A stretch of 64,000 bases of DNA. Source: an uncultured Pelagibacteraceae bacterium (GTDB taxonomy: Bacteria > Pseudomonadota > Alphaproteobacteria > Pelagibacterales > Pelagibacteraceae). This document shows positions 21,312-30,814 of this stretch, one piece after another (the stretch's first letter is position 1; every line of letters starts with the position of its first letter). The position numbers and the translations under genes are program-made. The stretch lies in the NCBI GenBank assembly GCA_902617805.1, contig CACMYF010000002.1, positions 5,889 to 69,888 of the forward strand, written 5' to 3'. Below the pieces are notes generated by a model that was not told the origin of the DNA, did no database searches, and saw only the letters and a program-made list of their open reading frames with translations.

Positions 21312-22175
21312 ATGCCAGAATTACCAGAAGTAGAAATTGTTAGACAATCCCTTCATAAAAAGATCAAAGAAAAAAGTGTAAAAAAAGTAATAATTAGAAA
21401 TAGGAATTTAAGGTTTAAAATACCAAGTGATTTTGAAAGTTTTCTTAAAAATAAAAAAATAATTGAAGTTAGTAGATTTTCTAAATATTTGATTATCCAT
21501 TTTCAAAATGAAGATTATTGTTTAATTCATTTAGGAATGTCAGGAACAATCCATATTCTTGATAACAAAAAGCCTCAAAAATTTACGAATACTAGTTTTT
21601 ATCATTCACCTTTTTTACCTAAAAAACACAACCATGCAGAGTTTGTATTTGATAGTTTGAAAGTAATTTATAATGATCCAAGACGTTTTGGATTTTTTGA
21701 ACTAATCAAAAATCATCAAGATTTAAAAAAAAGATTTAAATTAATGGGACCCGAACCCTTTAGCGATAAATTTAACTTAAATTATTTGGTTAATTATTTT
21801 AAGAATAAAAATAAGGATATAAAAAGTTTCTTACTTGACCAGAGATTTGTGTCTGGGATAGGTAATATTTATGCAAGCGAAATTCTTTTTGCTAGTAAAA
21901 TAAATCCATTTAAAAAGGCAAAAAGACTTAATAAAAATGAATGTTTAAATATTATTTTAAATTCTAAGAAAATACTTCAACAGGCGATTAATAAGGGAGG
22001 TTCAAGCATAAGAGATTTTAAAGATATTTTAGGTAATAAAGGTAATTTTCAAAAGGAGTTTAAAGTTTATCAGCAAGAAGGAGCTAATTGTAAGCGCACG
22101 AAATGCAAAGGAATTATAAAAAAAAAAATAACATCAAATAGATCAACTTTTTTTTGTGATTCCTGTCAAAAATAG
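21312..22175 (+). CDS. mutM: Formamidopyrimidine-DNA glycosylase
   Basis: MPELPEVE, HLGMSG, GIGNIYASE, C-terminal zinc finger. Confidence 0.98.
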   Translation: MPELPEVEIVRQSLHKKIKEKSVKKVIIRNRNLRFKIPSDFESFLKNKKIIEVSRFSKYLIIHFQNEDYCLIHLGMSGTIHILDNKKPQKFTNTSFYHSPFLPKKHNHAEFVFDSLKVIYNDPRRFGFFELIKNHQDLKKRFKLMGPEPFSDKFNLNYLVNYFKNKNKDIKSFLLDQRFVSGIGNIYASEILFASKINPFKKAKRLNKNECLNIILNSKKILQQAINKGGSSIRDFKDILGNKGNFQKEFKVYQQEGANCKRTKCKGIIKKKITSNRSTFFCDSCQK

Positions 22176-22187
22176 TTAAATATTTAG

Positions 22188-22216
22188 TTGACCACTATAA
22201 ATTCTCAAGCTATACC
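22188..22216 (+). promoter_or_regulatory. sigma70 promoter of rpsT
   Basis: TTGACC-N17-TATACC ending 9 nt before the ATG. Confidence 0.55.
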
Positions 22217-22225
22217 CCTGCGCAT

Positions 22226-22486
22226 ATGGCAAACACAAAATCAGCAATTAAGAGAATTAGAAGGATTTCTAAACAAACAGCGGTAAATAAAGCTAGAAAG
22301 AGCAGATTTAGAAACGCTCTTAAGAAAATAAACCTTCTAATTGATAGTAAGAAGAAAGATGAAGCTTTAAAATTTTTACCAAAGTTAAACTCTGAGTTGA
22401 TGAAAATTGCTAAAACAGGAATAATAAAAAAACAAAATGCTTCTAGAAACGTTTCTAGAATTACCAAAAAAATAGCTGCAATCTAA
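22226..22486 (+). CDS. rpsT: 30S ribosomal protein S20
   Basis: MANTKSAIKRIR, GIIKKQNASRNVSR; upstream of dnaA. Confidence 0.97.
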   Translation: MANTKSAIKRIRRISKQTAVNKARKSRFRNALKKINLLIDSKKKDEALKFLPKLNSELMKIAKTGIIKKQNASRNVSRITKKIAAI

Positions 22487-22589
22487 ACGTTAGCTTAATT
22501 TTTAAACAACTCCTGATATCTACATCATATATTTAAGATTTGTCTTAAGTTACTACATTTAGATTTAGTAAATACTTGGATTACTGTCT

Positions 22590-22656
22590 TTCAATCTATG
22601 TTTGATTCAATTCTAATTTAATCAATTTATTGATTCAATCTATATTTGATTCAATT
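22590..22656 (+). repeat. 23-bp direct repeat with three TTGATTCAA (GANTC) units upstream of dnaA
   Basis: TTCAATCTAT(G/A)TTTGATTCAATT at 22590-22612 and 22634-22656; TTGATTCAA at 22602, 22630, 22646. Confidence 0.85.
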
Positions 22657-22798
22657 TTTAATTTTAATTTTAAATCTAAAATAAAATTAATCTGCAATAT
22701 TATAAATCACAATCATAGATTTTATTTTTTTTTTATTTTTCTTATTAACTTGTTGCAAATTTTTTTAAATCGTTCTAACTGGGATTTCCCCTTAGGTT

Positions 22799-24217
22799 AT
22801 GAATAAATTTACAAATACAAAAAATATTAATAATTTTTCTTCTGAAGGCTTTGAATGGAAGCAAGTACAGAATGAAATGAAAAATAAACTAGGCTCAGAA
22901 GTTTATGAGAGCTGGTTAAAAAAGATTTTTTTTGTTGAGGAATTTAATAATTACTTATTATTATCAGTTCCAACAAGATTTATTAGAGATTGGATTACAT
23001 CAAGGTATTTAGACCAAATATTACAAATAATTAAAGTTTATAAGAAAGATATTATTAGAATTGAGTTTAAAATAGTTGAAAAAGCGCAAGATATCACTTT
23101 AAAAGAAAATAATATTAAAGAAAATAATACTAATGAAAATGTTTCATTTATAAAAGACTCTTACCTTCAGTATAATAGAATTGATCCAAATAAAAGATTT
23201 GATAATTTTATAACGGGTTCAAGTAACAAATTAGCTTACGAAGCTTCTTTAAAAGTTTCAGAAAATATATCTCATTATAATCCACTTTATATTTATGGCG
23301 GTGTTGGAATGGGAAAAACTCACTTATTAAATTCAATAGGTTTAGAGCTTAAAAAAAATAATAAAGTAATGTTTATTTCTGCCGAACGTTTCATGTATCA
23401 GTTTGTAAAATCAATTAAATCAAACGACATGGTTAAGTTTAAAGAATATTTTAGAAATACAGATATTTTATTAATTGATGATATACAGTTTATAAGTGGA
23501 AAAGAGGCTATGCAGGAGGAGTTCTTTCATACATTTAATGCATTACTTGATAAGGGATCTCAAATAATTGTATCAGCTGATCGAGCACCAAACAAATTAT
23601 CAAGGATTCAAGAAAGAATTAAATCAAGATTTTCTGGTGGATTAGTTGTTGATATTCAAAAGCCAGACCTAGAGCTAAGAAAAAAAATAGTTGGAAAAAA
23701 AACTGAGGAATTGAATGCTTTGTATTCCGAACAATTAAAAGTTTCTAAAGAAATTCAAGATTTTATAAGCAATGAAATAACTGGAAGTGTAAGAGAATTA
23801 GTTGGTGCAATAAACAGAGTTGTTTCATTTTCAAGAATTTACAACAAAGTTCCAAATCTTGCTGAAACCAAAGTAGTTTTAAAGGATTTATTAAATTTAG
23901 CAGAAAATAAGGTTACAATAGATCTTATTCAGACAATTGTTTGTAAGTTTTTCAAAATCAGCAAAAATGAAATGTTATCATCTAGAAGATCAAGATATTT
24001 AGTAAGACCTAGGCAAACAGCAATTTATTTAACTAAAATTTTGACTTCTAAATCATTACCTGAAATTGGAAGAGAATTTTCCAACCGAGACCATACAACA
24101 ATAATTCATTCAGTAAAAACTATTGAAAAGATAAAAGAAAAAGATCCTGAGATGGTCGATAATATAAATAAATTAAAAAACCAGATTTTATATAATAATA
24201 AAGAAAATGAAATTTAA
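22799..24217 (+). CDS. dnaA: Chromosomal replication initiator DnaA
   Basis: YNPLYIYGGVGMGKT, LLIDDIQF, QEEFFHTFN, RDHTTIIHS. Confidence 0.99.
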   Translation: MNKFTNTKNINNFSSEGFEWKQVQNEMKNKLGSEVYESWLKKIFFVEEFNNYLLLSVPTRFIRDWITSRYLDQILQIIKVYKKDIIRIEFKIVEKAQDITLKENNIKENNTNENVSFIKDSYLQYNRIDPNKRFDNFITGSSNKLAYEASLKVSENISHYNPLYIYGGVGMGKTHLLNSIGLELKKNNKVMFISAERFMYQFVKSIKSNDMVKFKEYFRNTDILLIDDIQFISGKEAMQEEFFHTFNALLDKGSQIIVSADRAPNKLSRIQERIKSRFSGGLVVDIQKPDLELRKKIVGKKTEELNALYSEQLKVSKEIQDFISNEITGSVRELVGAINRVVSFSRIYNKVPNLAETKVVLKDLLNLAENKVTIDLIQTIVCKFFKISKNEMLSSRRSRYLVRPRQTAIYLTKILTSKSLPEIGREFSNRDHTTIIHSVKTIEKIKEKDPEMVDNINKLKNQILYNNKENEI

Positions 24218-25319
24218 CGTTAATCAACAAGACCTTCAGCAAGCATTAAATTATTGTCAAGGAGTTATTGAAAAAAGAAGTACATTACCAATACTTTCTA
24301 ATATTTTGTTAGATGCAAGCAATTCAAAACTTACTATCACTGCAACTGATCTAGATTTAATATTTATACATCAATTAAATAATGTAGAAATTCTAGAGGA
24401 GGGCAAAACAACCACAACTTCCTCAATCATGTATGATATTATAAGAAAGTTTAACTCAGGAAAAAAAATAAATCTTTCTCTAACAGATATAAGTAAATTA
24501 CAAGTAGAGTCTGAAAAATCTATTTTTAATTTGAATTGCATAAGTGCGACAGAGTTTCCGCTGACAGATGAAAATTTTAATCAAAATGAATTTATAATTA
24601 AATCAAAACAATTATTGAAATTATTGAATAAGTGTAAATTTTCAGTTTCTAATGACGAAACAAGGCATTATCTAAGTGGTATTTATTTTCATCAAACAGA
24701 AGTAGAGGATAAAAATTATTTAACTGCAGTTGCAACAGATAGTCATAGAATGTCTATTTCAAAAATTAGATTAGAGGAAAAAATTGATTTTGATCCAATA
24801 ATTTTACCTAAAAAAACAATTTTTCAACTTTGCTCTTTATTAGATAGCTATGATGGAGATGTAACAGTTTCAAATGTGAAATCAAAAATAAAATTTGAAT
24901 TAAATAATAGTATTTTAATTTCGAAACTTATTGATGGAAAATTTCCTAATTACATTCAAGTTATACCTAAAAATAATCAAAAAAAATTAGAAATAGACTT
25001 AAAATTATTTTTAAATTCAGTTGATAGAGTAGCATCTGTTTCATTAGATAAAAAAGATGGTGTAAAATTCAATTTGTCTAAAGACACTTTAGATCTGTCG
25101 GTAAATAATACCAACAGTGGTGATGGTAAAGAAACTTTAACTGTTAAGTTTGATCATGATTTAGAGATAAGTTTTAACTCTAGATATTTGATAGACGTTG
25201 CTTCACAACTAGATGGAGATAGAGTTGAAATTTTCTTTAATGACACTGGTTCACCAGCACTGATAAAAGATCCAGGTGATTTCGATAGTATTTTTGTTGT
25301 TATGCCTATGAAGGGCTAA
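24207..25319 (+). CDS. dnaN: DNA polymerase III beta clamp
   Basis: TLPILSNILL, ATDL, ATDSHRM, SKLIDGKFPNY, VVMPMK. Confidence 0.98.
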   Translation: MKFNVNQQDLQQALNYCQGVIEKRSTLPILSNILLDASNSKLTITATDLDLIFIHQLNNVEILEEGKTTTTSSIMYDIIRKFNSGKKINLSLTDISKLQVESEKSIFNLNCISATEFPLTDENFNQNEFIIKSKQLLKLLNKCKFSVSNDETRHYLSGIYFHQTEVEDKNYLTAVATDSHRMSISKIRLEEKIDFDPIILPKKTIFQLCSLLDSYDGDVTVSNVKSKIKFELNNSILISKLIDGKFPNYIQVIPKNNQKKLEIDLKLFLNSVDRVASVSLDKKDGVKFNLSKDTLDLSVNNTNSGDGKETLTVKFDHDLEISFNSRYLIDVASQLDGDRVEIFFNDTGSPALIKDPGDFDSIFVVMPMKG

Positions 25320-26017
25320 TTAATTAAATCTAACTCTGAATAAATATTTTTTTCAAGAATTTGAATAAAATTTTCCTTTGTTAACCCAGAAGCAATTGGT
25401 TTAAGAATAGAGATTGTAATTGTTTTATTAGATTTCTTTTTACCTTTTTTAGGCCACACATATCCAGAGTTAATTGCAACTGGCTGACAAGCAACATTTA
25501 GCTTTTCATAAATTCTCGAAGCACCTTTTTTAAAAGGTGGTCTTTCATCTGGAAGAACTCTGGTTCCTTGAGGAAAAATAATTAAAGGTCTATTAGAAGT
25601 AGCCATCATTTTTGAAATATCATCAAAAAAACCTAAGTTATCTTTTGTAACTTTGTTTCTTTTTATTGAAATTGATCCTATTTTTTTTAAGTACCAACCA
25701 AAAATTGGAATTAACAACAATTCTTTTTTTAGAATAAATACAGGTGAGTTAAAGATTGTTTGTAAATAAAATGTTTCAAACATTGATTGATGAGATGCTG
25801 CTATAAAAAATTTTTCATTATTAATAATGTTTTCTCTTCCTTTGATTGAAATTTTTACTGAAAGAACAAACCTTAAACAAAAACTGGCCCAATAGCCCAT
25901 TAATTTACCACCCATTAAAACAACCTGTTTAGGCAAAAAAAATGATGGTAAAAAAATTATCGAAATAAAGATGATTCCAGTGAAAAACAATATTGAAAAT
26001 AAAAAGTTTCTTATCAT
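25316..26017 (-). CDS. plsC: 1-acyl-sn-glycerol-3-phosphate acyltransferase
   Basis: SHQSMFET, FPQGTR, PFKKGA. Confidence 0.85.
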   Translation of the reverse strand: MIRNFLFSILFFTGIIFISIIFLPSFFLPKQVVLMGGKLMGYWASFCLRFVLSVKISIKGRENIINNEKFFIAASHQSMFETFYLQTIFNSPVFILKKELLLIPIFGWYLKKIGSISIKRNKVTKDNLGFFDDISKMMATSNRPLIIFPQGTRVLPDERPPFKKGASRIYEKLNVACQPVAINSGYVWPKKGKKKSNKTITISILKPIASGLTKENFIQILEKNIYSELDLIN

Positions 26018-26029
26018 TTTTGTCAAAAG

Positions 26030-27244
26030 CTAAATTATATCTTTATGCTTTTGTCTTTTTCTTATTACTTTAATTTTTGATCCCTTTATTAATAATTCTA
26101 TTGGTTTAGGTCTTAAATTATAATTTGAGCTTAGTGACATTCCATAAGCTCCCACATCACATATCGCTATTAAATCTTTTTCATTCAACACTTGAAATTT
26201 TTTTAATGTAACAAATTTATCTGTACTTTCACAAATAGGACCTACAAATTCATATGGTTTTTTAGACGTTTTGTTAGATTTTGTAACAGGTAAGGTTTTA
26301 TGAAACGCACCATACAAAGCAGGTCTCATTAAATCGTTCATTGCTGCATCTAAAATTATAAATTTTTTACTTCCGCTATCTTTTATATAGATTATTTTTG
26401 ACACTAATGTCCCGGTATCTCCAATAATTGATCTACCTGGCTCAAATATAATTTTAACTTTATGTTTTCTTAAAAATTTAAGAATAGCTGTGTTGTATTT
26501 TTTATAATTAAGTTTTTTATTTTTATCAGTGTAAGTAATGCCCATACCTCCACCTAAATCTATAAATTCAAATTTATGATTTGTTTTATCGAGAATTTGA
26601 CTGACCGCTTTAAGCATTTTTTTATAAGGTCTATGGTCTAAAATTTGACTGCCTATATGAACGCTTAGACATTTTAAATCAATATTTTTTGAATTCTTGC
26701 AATAATTTATAATTTCATAGAATGTATTTTTATTTACACCAAATTTATTTTCTTTTTTCCCAGTTGATATTTGGCTTAATGTTTTTGCATCTGTATTAGG
26801 GTTTAGTCTTACACCAATTTTTATTCTTTTATTTTTTGATTTTGCTATTCGATTTATTTCTTTTATTTCACTTAAAGACTCCGCGTTAATAAGCAATATT
26901 TTTTTTTCAATAGCAAAGCTGATTTCACTTGTTGTTTTACCAACACCAGAAAATACTATTTTGCTTGGATTAATTCCTGCTTTTAGTGCCATCATCAGTT
27001 CTCCTACTGAAACAACATCAGCACCTAATCCAAATTTTTTAATTTCTCTAATTATATTAACATTTGTGTTGGATTTGACTGCAAAGCAGATAAGTGGTGA
27101 AAAAGATCTAAAGCTTTTTTTAAAATTATTAATATTTTCTTTTAATTTAGAATAAGAATAAGAATAAAATGGAGTTCCAAATTTATTTGCAATTTTTTGG
27201 AGACTAATTTTTTCTATTGTTAATCTTCTATTTATGTATTTCAT
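26030..27244 (-). CDS. lysA: Diaminopimelate decarboxylase
   Basis: FAVKSN, HIGSQI, DLGGG, EPGR, GPICESTD, GAYG. Confidence 0.97.
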   Translation of the reverse strand: MKYINRRLTIEKISLQKIANKFGTPFYSYSYSKLKENINNFKKSFRSFSPLICFAVKSNTNVNIIREIKKFGLGADVVSVGELMMALKAGINPSKIVFSGVGKTTSEISFAIEKKILLINAESLSEIKEINRIAKSKNKRIKIGVRLNPNTDAKTLSQISTGKKENKFGVNKNTFYEIINYCKNSKNIDLKCLSVHIGSQILDHRPYKKMLKAVSQILDKTNHKFEFIDLGGGMGITYTDKNKKLNYKKYNTAILKFLRKHKVKIIFEPGRSIIGDTGTLVSKIIYIKDSGSKKFIILDAAMNDLMRPALYGAFHKTLPVTKSNKTSKKPYEFVGPICESTDKFVTLKKFQVLNEKDLIAICDVGAYGMSLSSNYNLRPKPIELLIKGSKIKVIRKRQKHKDII

Positions 27245-27375
27245 TAAGTTAAGTTAATTGAAACTTCATTTATTTCTGCTTTTTTATCTGGATCTACGTA
27301 TTTAGGATCACCTTTCTTTCCACAAGAAATAACTACACAAAATAACAATATAATTATGGTAAATTTTTTTATCAT
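27244..27375 (-). CDS. Small lipoprotein, LppL/LptM(YifL)-like, 43 aa (not in ORF track)
   Basis: MIKKFTIIILLFCVVISC-GKKGDP...; lipobox Cys followed by GxKG; start overlaps the argH stop and stop overlaps the lysA start. Confidence 0.8.
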   Translation of the reverse strand: MIKKFTIIILLFCVVISCGKKGDPKYVDPDKKAEINEVSINLT

Positions 27376-28763
27376 TTTACTTTTTTATATTTCATTATCA
27401 TTTTTTTAATATTATCAAAAGAAGTTCCACCATAAGATTTTTTCGAATTAATTGAATTTTTTAAGTTAAATACTTTCAATACTTCTTCTTTAAGTTTAGG
27501 TTCAATTTTTTTTAACTCATCTAAAGTTAATTCATTTAACTTCTTTTTTCTTTTTTCAGCAAAATTAACTATAGCAGCAGTTTTTTGATATGCTTTTCTA
27601 AAAGACATTGAGTGATTTTTTACAAGATAGTCAGCCAAATCAGTTGCTGTAATGTATCCAGAATTAGCAAGTTCTAACATTTTACTCTTATTTGGATTGC
27701 AATTTTTTAGTACTTCATCAAAAATTTTTAAACAATTATTAAGATTATCGTTTGATTTAAAAACAATTTCCTTGTCGTCTTGTAAATCTTTAAAATAAGA
27801 CAATGGTAAACCTTTTAAAATTGTAAGCATCGAAAATAAATTTCCATAAGCGCTTCCTGATTTTCCACGCAAATATTCTAAAAGATCAGGATTCTTCTTT
27901 TGTGGCATTATAGATGATCCAGTAACAACTTTATCAGATAAATTGATCAAGTTAAAACCATCAGAATTCCAAATAATTAACTCTTCAGCAATTCTAGAAA
28001 TATGCATAGCACACACAGATGAAGCGTATAAAAAATCTAAAACAAAATCTCTATCCGAAACTGTATCAATAGAATTATTTGTAGGTATTTTAAAACCAAG
28101 TTTTTTAGTTGTATAATTTCTATCTATATTAAATGATGTTCCTGCTAAAGCTGCAACACCTAGAGGATTTTCATTTAAACTGTTTAAATTATTAGAGAAT
28201 CTCTTTTTGTCTCTATTAAACATTTCTACATAAGACATTAAATAATGTGCAAAAGAGATAGCTTGGGCATTTTTAAGATGTGTAAAACCAGGCATGATAG
28301 TCTCAACATTTTTTTCAGCTAATTTGATCGTGCTCTTAATAACTTTATTAATATTGCTATTTATTTCGTTGATTGAATTTTTCATCCAAATTTTAAAATC
28401 AGTAATTACTTGATCATTTCTTGATCTTGCGGTGTGAACATAGCCAGCTTCTTCACCTATTATTTGAAAAAGTCTTTTTTCGATATTCATATGAATATCT
28501 TCATATTTTTTATTAAACTCAAATTTATTTTTTGCGATTTCGTTATCAATTTTTGTTAGTCCATAAATAATTTTATTTTTTATTTTAAATGAAATTATTT
28601 TTTGTTTAAAAAGCATCTCAACATGAGCAATTGATCCTTGAATATCTTCTTTATAAAGTCTTTTATCAATATCTATTGAATTACCGACTTTTTGAAACAA
28701 ACTTGATGCATTTTTTTTTATCCGCGTGTTCCAGATTGCTTGGTTGTTTTTATTTTTTGTCAT
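27372..28763 (-). CDS. argH: Argininosuccinate lyase
   Basis: EDIHMNIE, HTARSRNDQV, TGSSIMPQKKNPD. Confidence 0.98.
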   Translation of the reverse strand: MTKNKNNQAIWNTRIKKNASSLFQKVGNSIDIDKRLYKEDIQGSIAHVEMLFKQKIISFKIKNKIIYGLTKIDNEIAKNKFEFNKKYEDIHMNIEKRLFQIIGEEAGYVHTARSRNDQVITDFKIWMKNSINEINSNINKVIKSTIKLAEKNVETIMPGFTHLKNAQAISFAHYLMSYVEMFNRDKKRFSNNLNSLNENPLGVAALAGTSFNIDRNYTTKKLGFKIPTNNSIDTVSDRDFVLDFLYASSVCAMHISRIAEELIIWNSDGFNLINLSDKVVTGSSIMPQKKNPDLLEYLRGKSGSAYGNLFSMLTILKGLPLSYFKDLQDDKEIVFKSNDNLNNCLKIFDEVLKNCNPNKSKMLELANSGYITATDLADYLVKNHSMSFRKAYQKTAAIVNFAEKRKKKLNELTLDELKKIEPKLKEEVLKVFNLKNSINSKKSYGGTSFDNIKKMIMKYKKVK

Positions 28764-28787
28764 GATATTTAATTATACCTATTTAAC

Positions 28788-29297
28788 ATGAGATTTTTAA
28801 TAATATTTATTTTTTTGATAACAAATGTTGTAGCTGAAGAACTACCTGGTATTAAAAATATTGTAATCCATAAAATACCAAAAACATATGATAATGTTAT
28901 TTTTTTAGACAAAAATGATCAAAAAATTAATATCAATGAATATAATGGGAACTTATTGATATTAAATTTTTGGGCGACTTGGTGTGAACCTTGTAAAGAA
29001 GAAATGCCATCTTTAGATAAACTCCAAGTCAACCCAGAATTGGATAAAATAAAAATTTTCGCAATTAATATTGGGAAAGAAACTTTAGGTAAAGTTAATA
29101 AATTTTTTATAGATCTCAATATTAAAAATCTTGAACGTTATTTTGATCCACCTACTACATTAGCAAAAATGTTTTCTTTAAGAGGTGTCCCTACAACAAT
29201 TCTAATTAATAAAGAGGGCCAAGAATTTGCTAGAGTAATAGGTTCAATTGATTTTGAAGATAAAAATTTTATTAATTGGATAAAAAAATATAACTAA
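28788..29297 (+). CDS. TlpA-family thiol:disulfide oxidoreductase
   Basis: LNFWATWCEPCKEEMP, GVPTT; N-terminal hydrophobic segment. Confidence 0.9.
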   Translation: MRFLIIFIFLITNVVAEELPGIKNIVIHKIPKTYDNVIFLDKNDQKININEYNGNLLILNFWATWCEPCKEEMPSLDKLQVNPELDKIKIFAINIGKETLGKVNKFFIDLNIKNLERYFDPPTTLAKMFSLRGVPTTILINKEGQEFARVIGSIDFEDKNFINWIKKYN

Positions 29298-29497
29298 TTT
29301 TTAAAAAAATAAGCAAAGCCAACTAAAGCAATAATAGCAATAAACTGTAAAATAACTCTTAACTGCATTAATTTATTTGAATATTTTTTACTTGTTTCTC
29401 CTCCCTTAAAAAGAGTCCCTATACCTAAGATTAAAACTATCCCTACGGCTATCAAAAGAGCTATTGATAAAACTTTTACTAATATTCCTGAAATCAT
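29294..29497 (-). CDS. Twin transmembrane helix small protein (HIG1-like)
   Basis: Two hydrophobic helices around SNKLMQLRVILQ. Confidence 0.8.
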   Translation of the reverse strand: MISGILVKVLSIALLIAVGIVLILGIGTLFKGGETSKKYSNKLMQLRVILQFIAIIALVGFAYFFKN

Positions 29498-29546
29498 TTT
29501 TTTATTTTAGATTGTGTTTTGACATAAAAAACATAATTTATCTACT

Positions 29547-30197
29547 ATGACATTTTGCCTAGATTCCATAATTATTAAACCAGAAAATGGTGTTGAAATT
29601 AAAAATGCAATTATTTTGCTTCATGGTTATGGGGGTGATGGAAAGGATATTAGCATGTTGTCTTTAAACTGGAAAAGACATATGCCCAATACAGTCTTTA
29701 TCTGTCCTAATGGTCATGAGCCATGCTCTATAAATCCTTCTGGTTATCAGTGGTTTGATTTAACAAAAGATGATTCTGATTACATATTAGAGCAATCAAT
29801 TAAGGCTGAAGAAGTTTTAAAAAAATTTATTAATGAAATAAAACAAGAGTTTAAATTATCAAACAATCAAATCTGTTTATCAGGATTCAGCCAGGGATGT
29901 ATGATGTCTTTAAATGTTGGTCTTACAGCTGAAGAAAAATTTTTATGTATAGTTGGTTTTTCTGGAAAGATAATAAATCAAAAGGATTTAAAAAACAGAA
30001 TCAAAAATAATACTGAAACATTACTTATACATGGTGATGCTGATCAAATTGTCTCATCAACACATTTACTAGAAGCAAAAGATTTTTTAATTAGAAACAA
30101 TGTTAAAGTTGATACATTACTAGTAAAAAATTGTGATCATCATATTCCTATTGAGGCATCAAGTACAGCTTTAAATTTTATTTTAAAAAAAATTTAA
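29547..30197 (+). CDS. Phospholipase/carboxylesterase family hydrolase
   Basis: LLHGYG, GFSQG nucleophile elbow, HGDAD, late His. Confidence 0.88.
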   Translation: MTFCLDSIIIKPENGVEIKNAIILLHGYGGDGKDISMLSLNWKRHMPNTVFICPNGHEPCSINPSGYQWFDLTKDDSDYILEQSIKAEEVLKKFINEIKQEFKLSNNQICLSGFSQGCMMSLNVGLTAEEKFLCIVGFSGKIINQKDLKNRIKNNTETLLIHGDADQIVSSTHLLEAKDFLIRNNVKVDTLLVKNCDHHIPIEASSTALNFILKKI

Positions 30198-30209
30198 CAT
30201 CTCTTATTA

Positions 30210-30245
30210 TTGATAAAATTGTTTAACTAAGTTAAAATTAGTTAA
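30210..30245 (+). promoter_or_regulatory. Promoter with inverted repeat bracketing the -10 of the HNH gene
   Basis: TTGATA-N17-TAAAAT; TTAACTAA-N7-TTAGTTAA at 30223-30245. Confidence 0.5.
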
Positions 30246-30814
30246 TGGATAATTTTATTGAACAAAATGTTTCATTAGAAAAGTGCCCTGCGCTAGTGCT
30301 CAATGCAGACTATAGACCTTTGAGTTACTACCCTTTGTCTTTATGGTCATGGCAGGATACTGTTAAATCAGTTTTTCTTGATAGAGTTATTATTGTTAGT
30401 AATTACGATAGAACTATAAGAAGTCCATCATTTAATATGAAATTACCAAGTGTCATCGCATTGAAGGATTATATCGTTCCTCAAAGCAAGCCGAGTTTTA
30501 CTAGATTTAATGTGTTTTTAAGAGATAAATTTTCCTGTCAATATTGTGGAAGTAACGAAGAGTTAACTTTTGATCATCTGTTACCTAGATCAAAAGGAGG
30601 CGAAACTAATTGGGATAATGTTGTAACAGCTTGTTCTGCATGCAATGTGAAAAAGGGTGGAAAACTATTAAAACATTCAGGTATGAAGCTACATCAGTAC
30701 CCTTATCGACCATCAACAGAGGATCTACATAAGAACGGTAAAAATTTTCCACCAAATTTTTTACATAAAAGCTGGATGGATTACTTATATTGGGATGTAG
30801 AACTAGAATCTTAA
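30245..30814 (+). CDS. HNH endonuclease family protein
   Basis: ALVLNADYRPL, RDKFSCQYC, TFDHLLPRSKGG, WDNVVTACSACN. Confidence 0.92.
   Translation: MDNFIEQNVSLEKCPALVLNADYRPLSYYPLSLWSWQDTVKSVFLDRVIIVSNYDRTIRSPSFNMKLPSVIALKDYIVPQSKPSFTRFNVFLRDKFSCQYCGSNEELTFDHLLPRSKGGETNWDNVVTACSACNVKKGGKLLKHSGMKLHQYPYRPSTEDLHKNGKNFPPNFLHKSWMDYLYWDVELES

Noticed and set aside
22487-22798. Calling this region oriC
   Set aside because: No convincing DnaA boxes (best about two mismatches), and alphaproteobacterial origins are often not adjacent to dnaA. Kept only as a hypothesis in findings.
2168-26026. N-terminal extensions in the ORF track for nusA, fabA, ubiB and plsC
   Set aside because: Downstream ATGs fit better by SD position, stop/start overlap or typical family length; the extensions look like longest-ORF artefacts.
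30245-30814. HNH gene as a homing endonuclease, mobile element or defence system
   Set aside because: No intron, intein, terminal repeats, methylase or other partner; it resembles the chromosomal HNH family found beside carboxylesterase genes.
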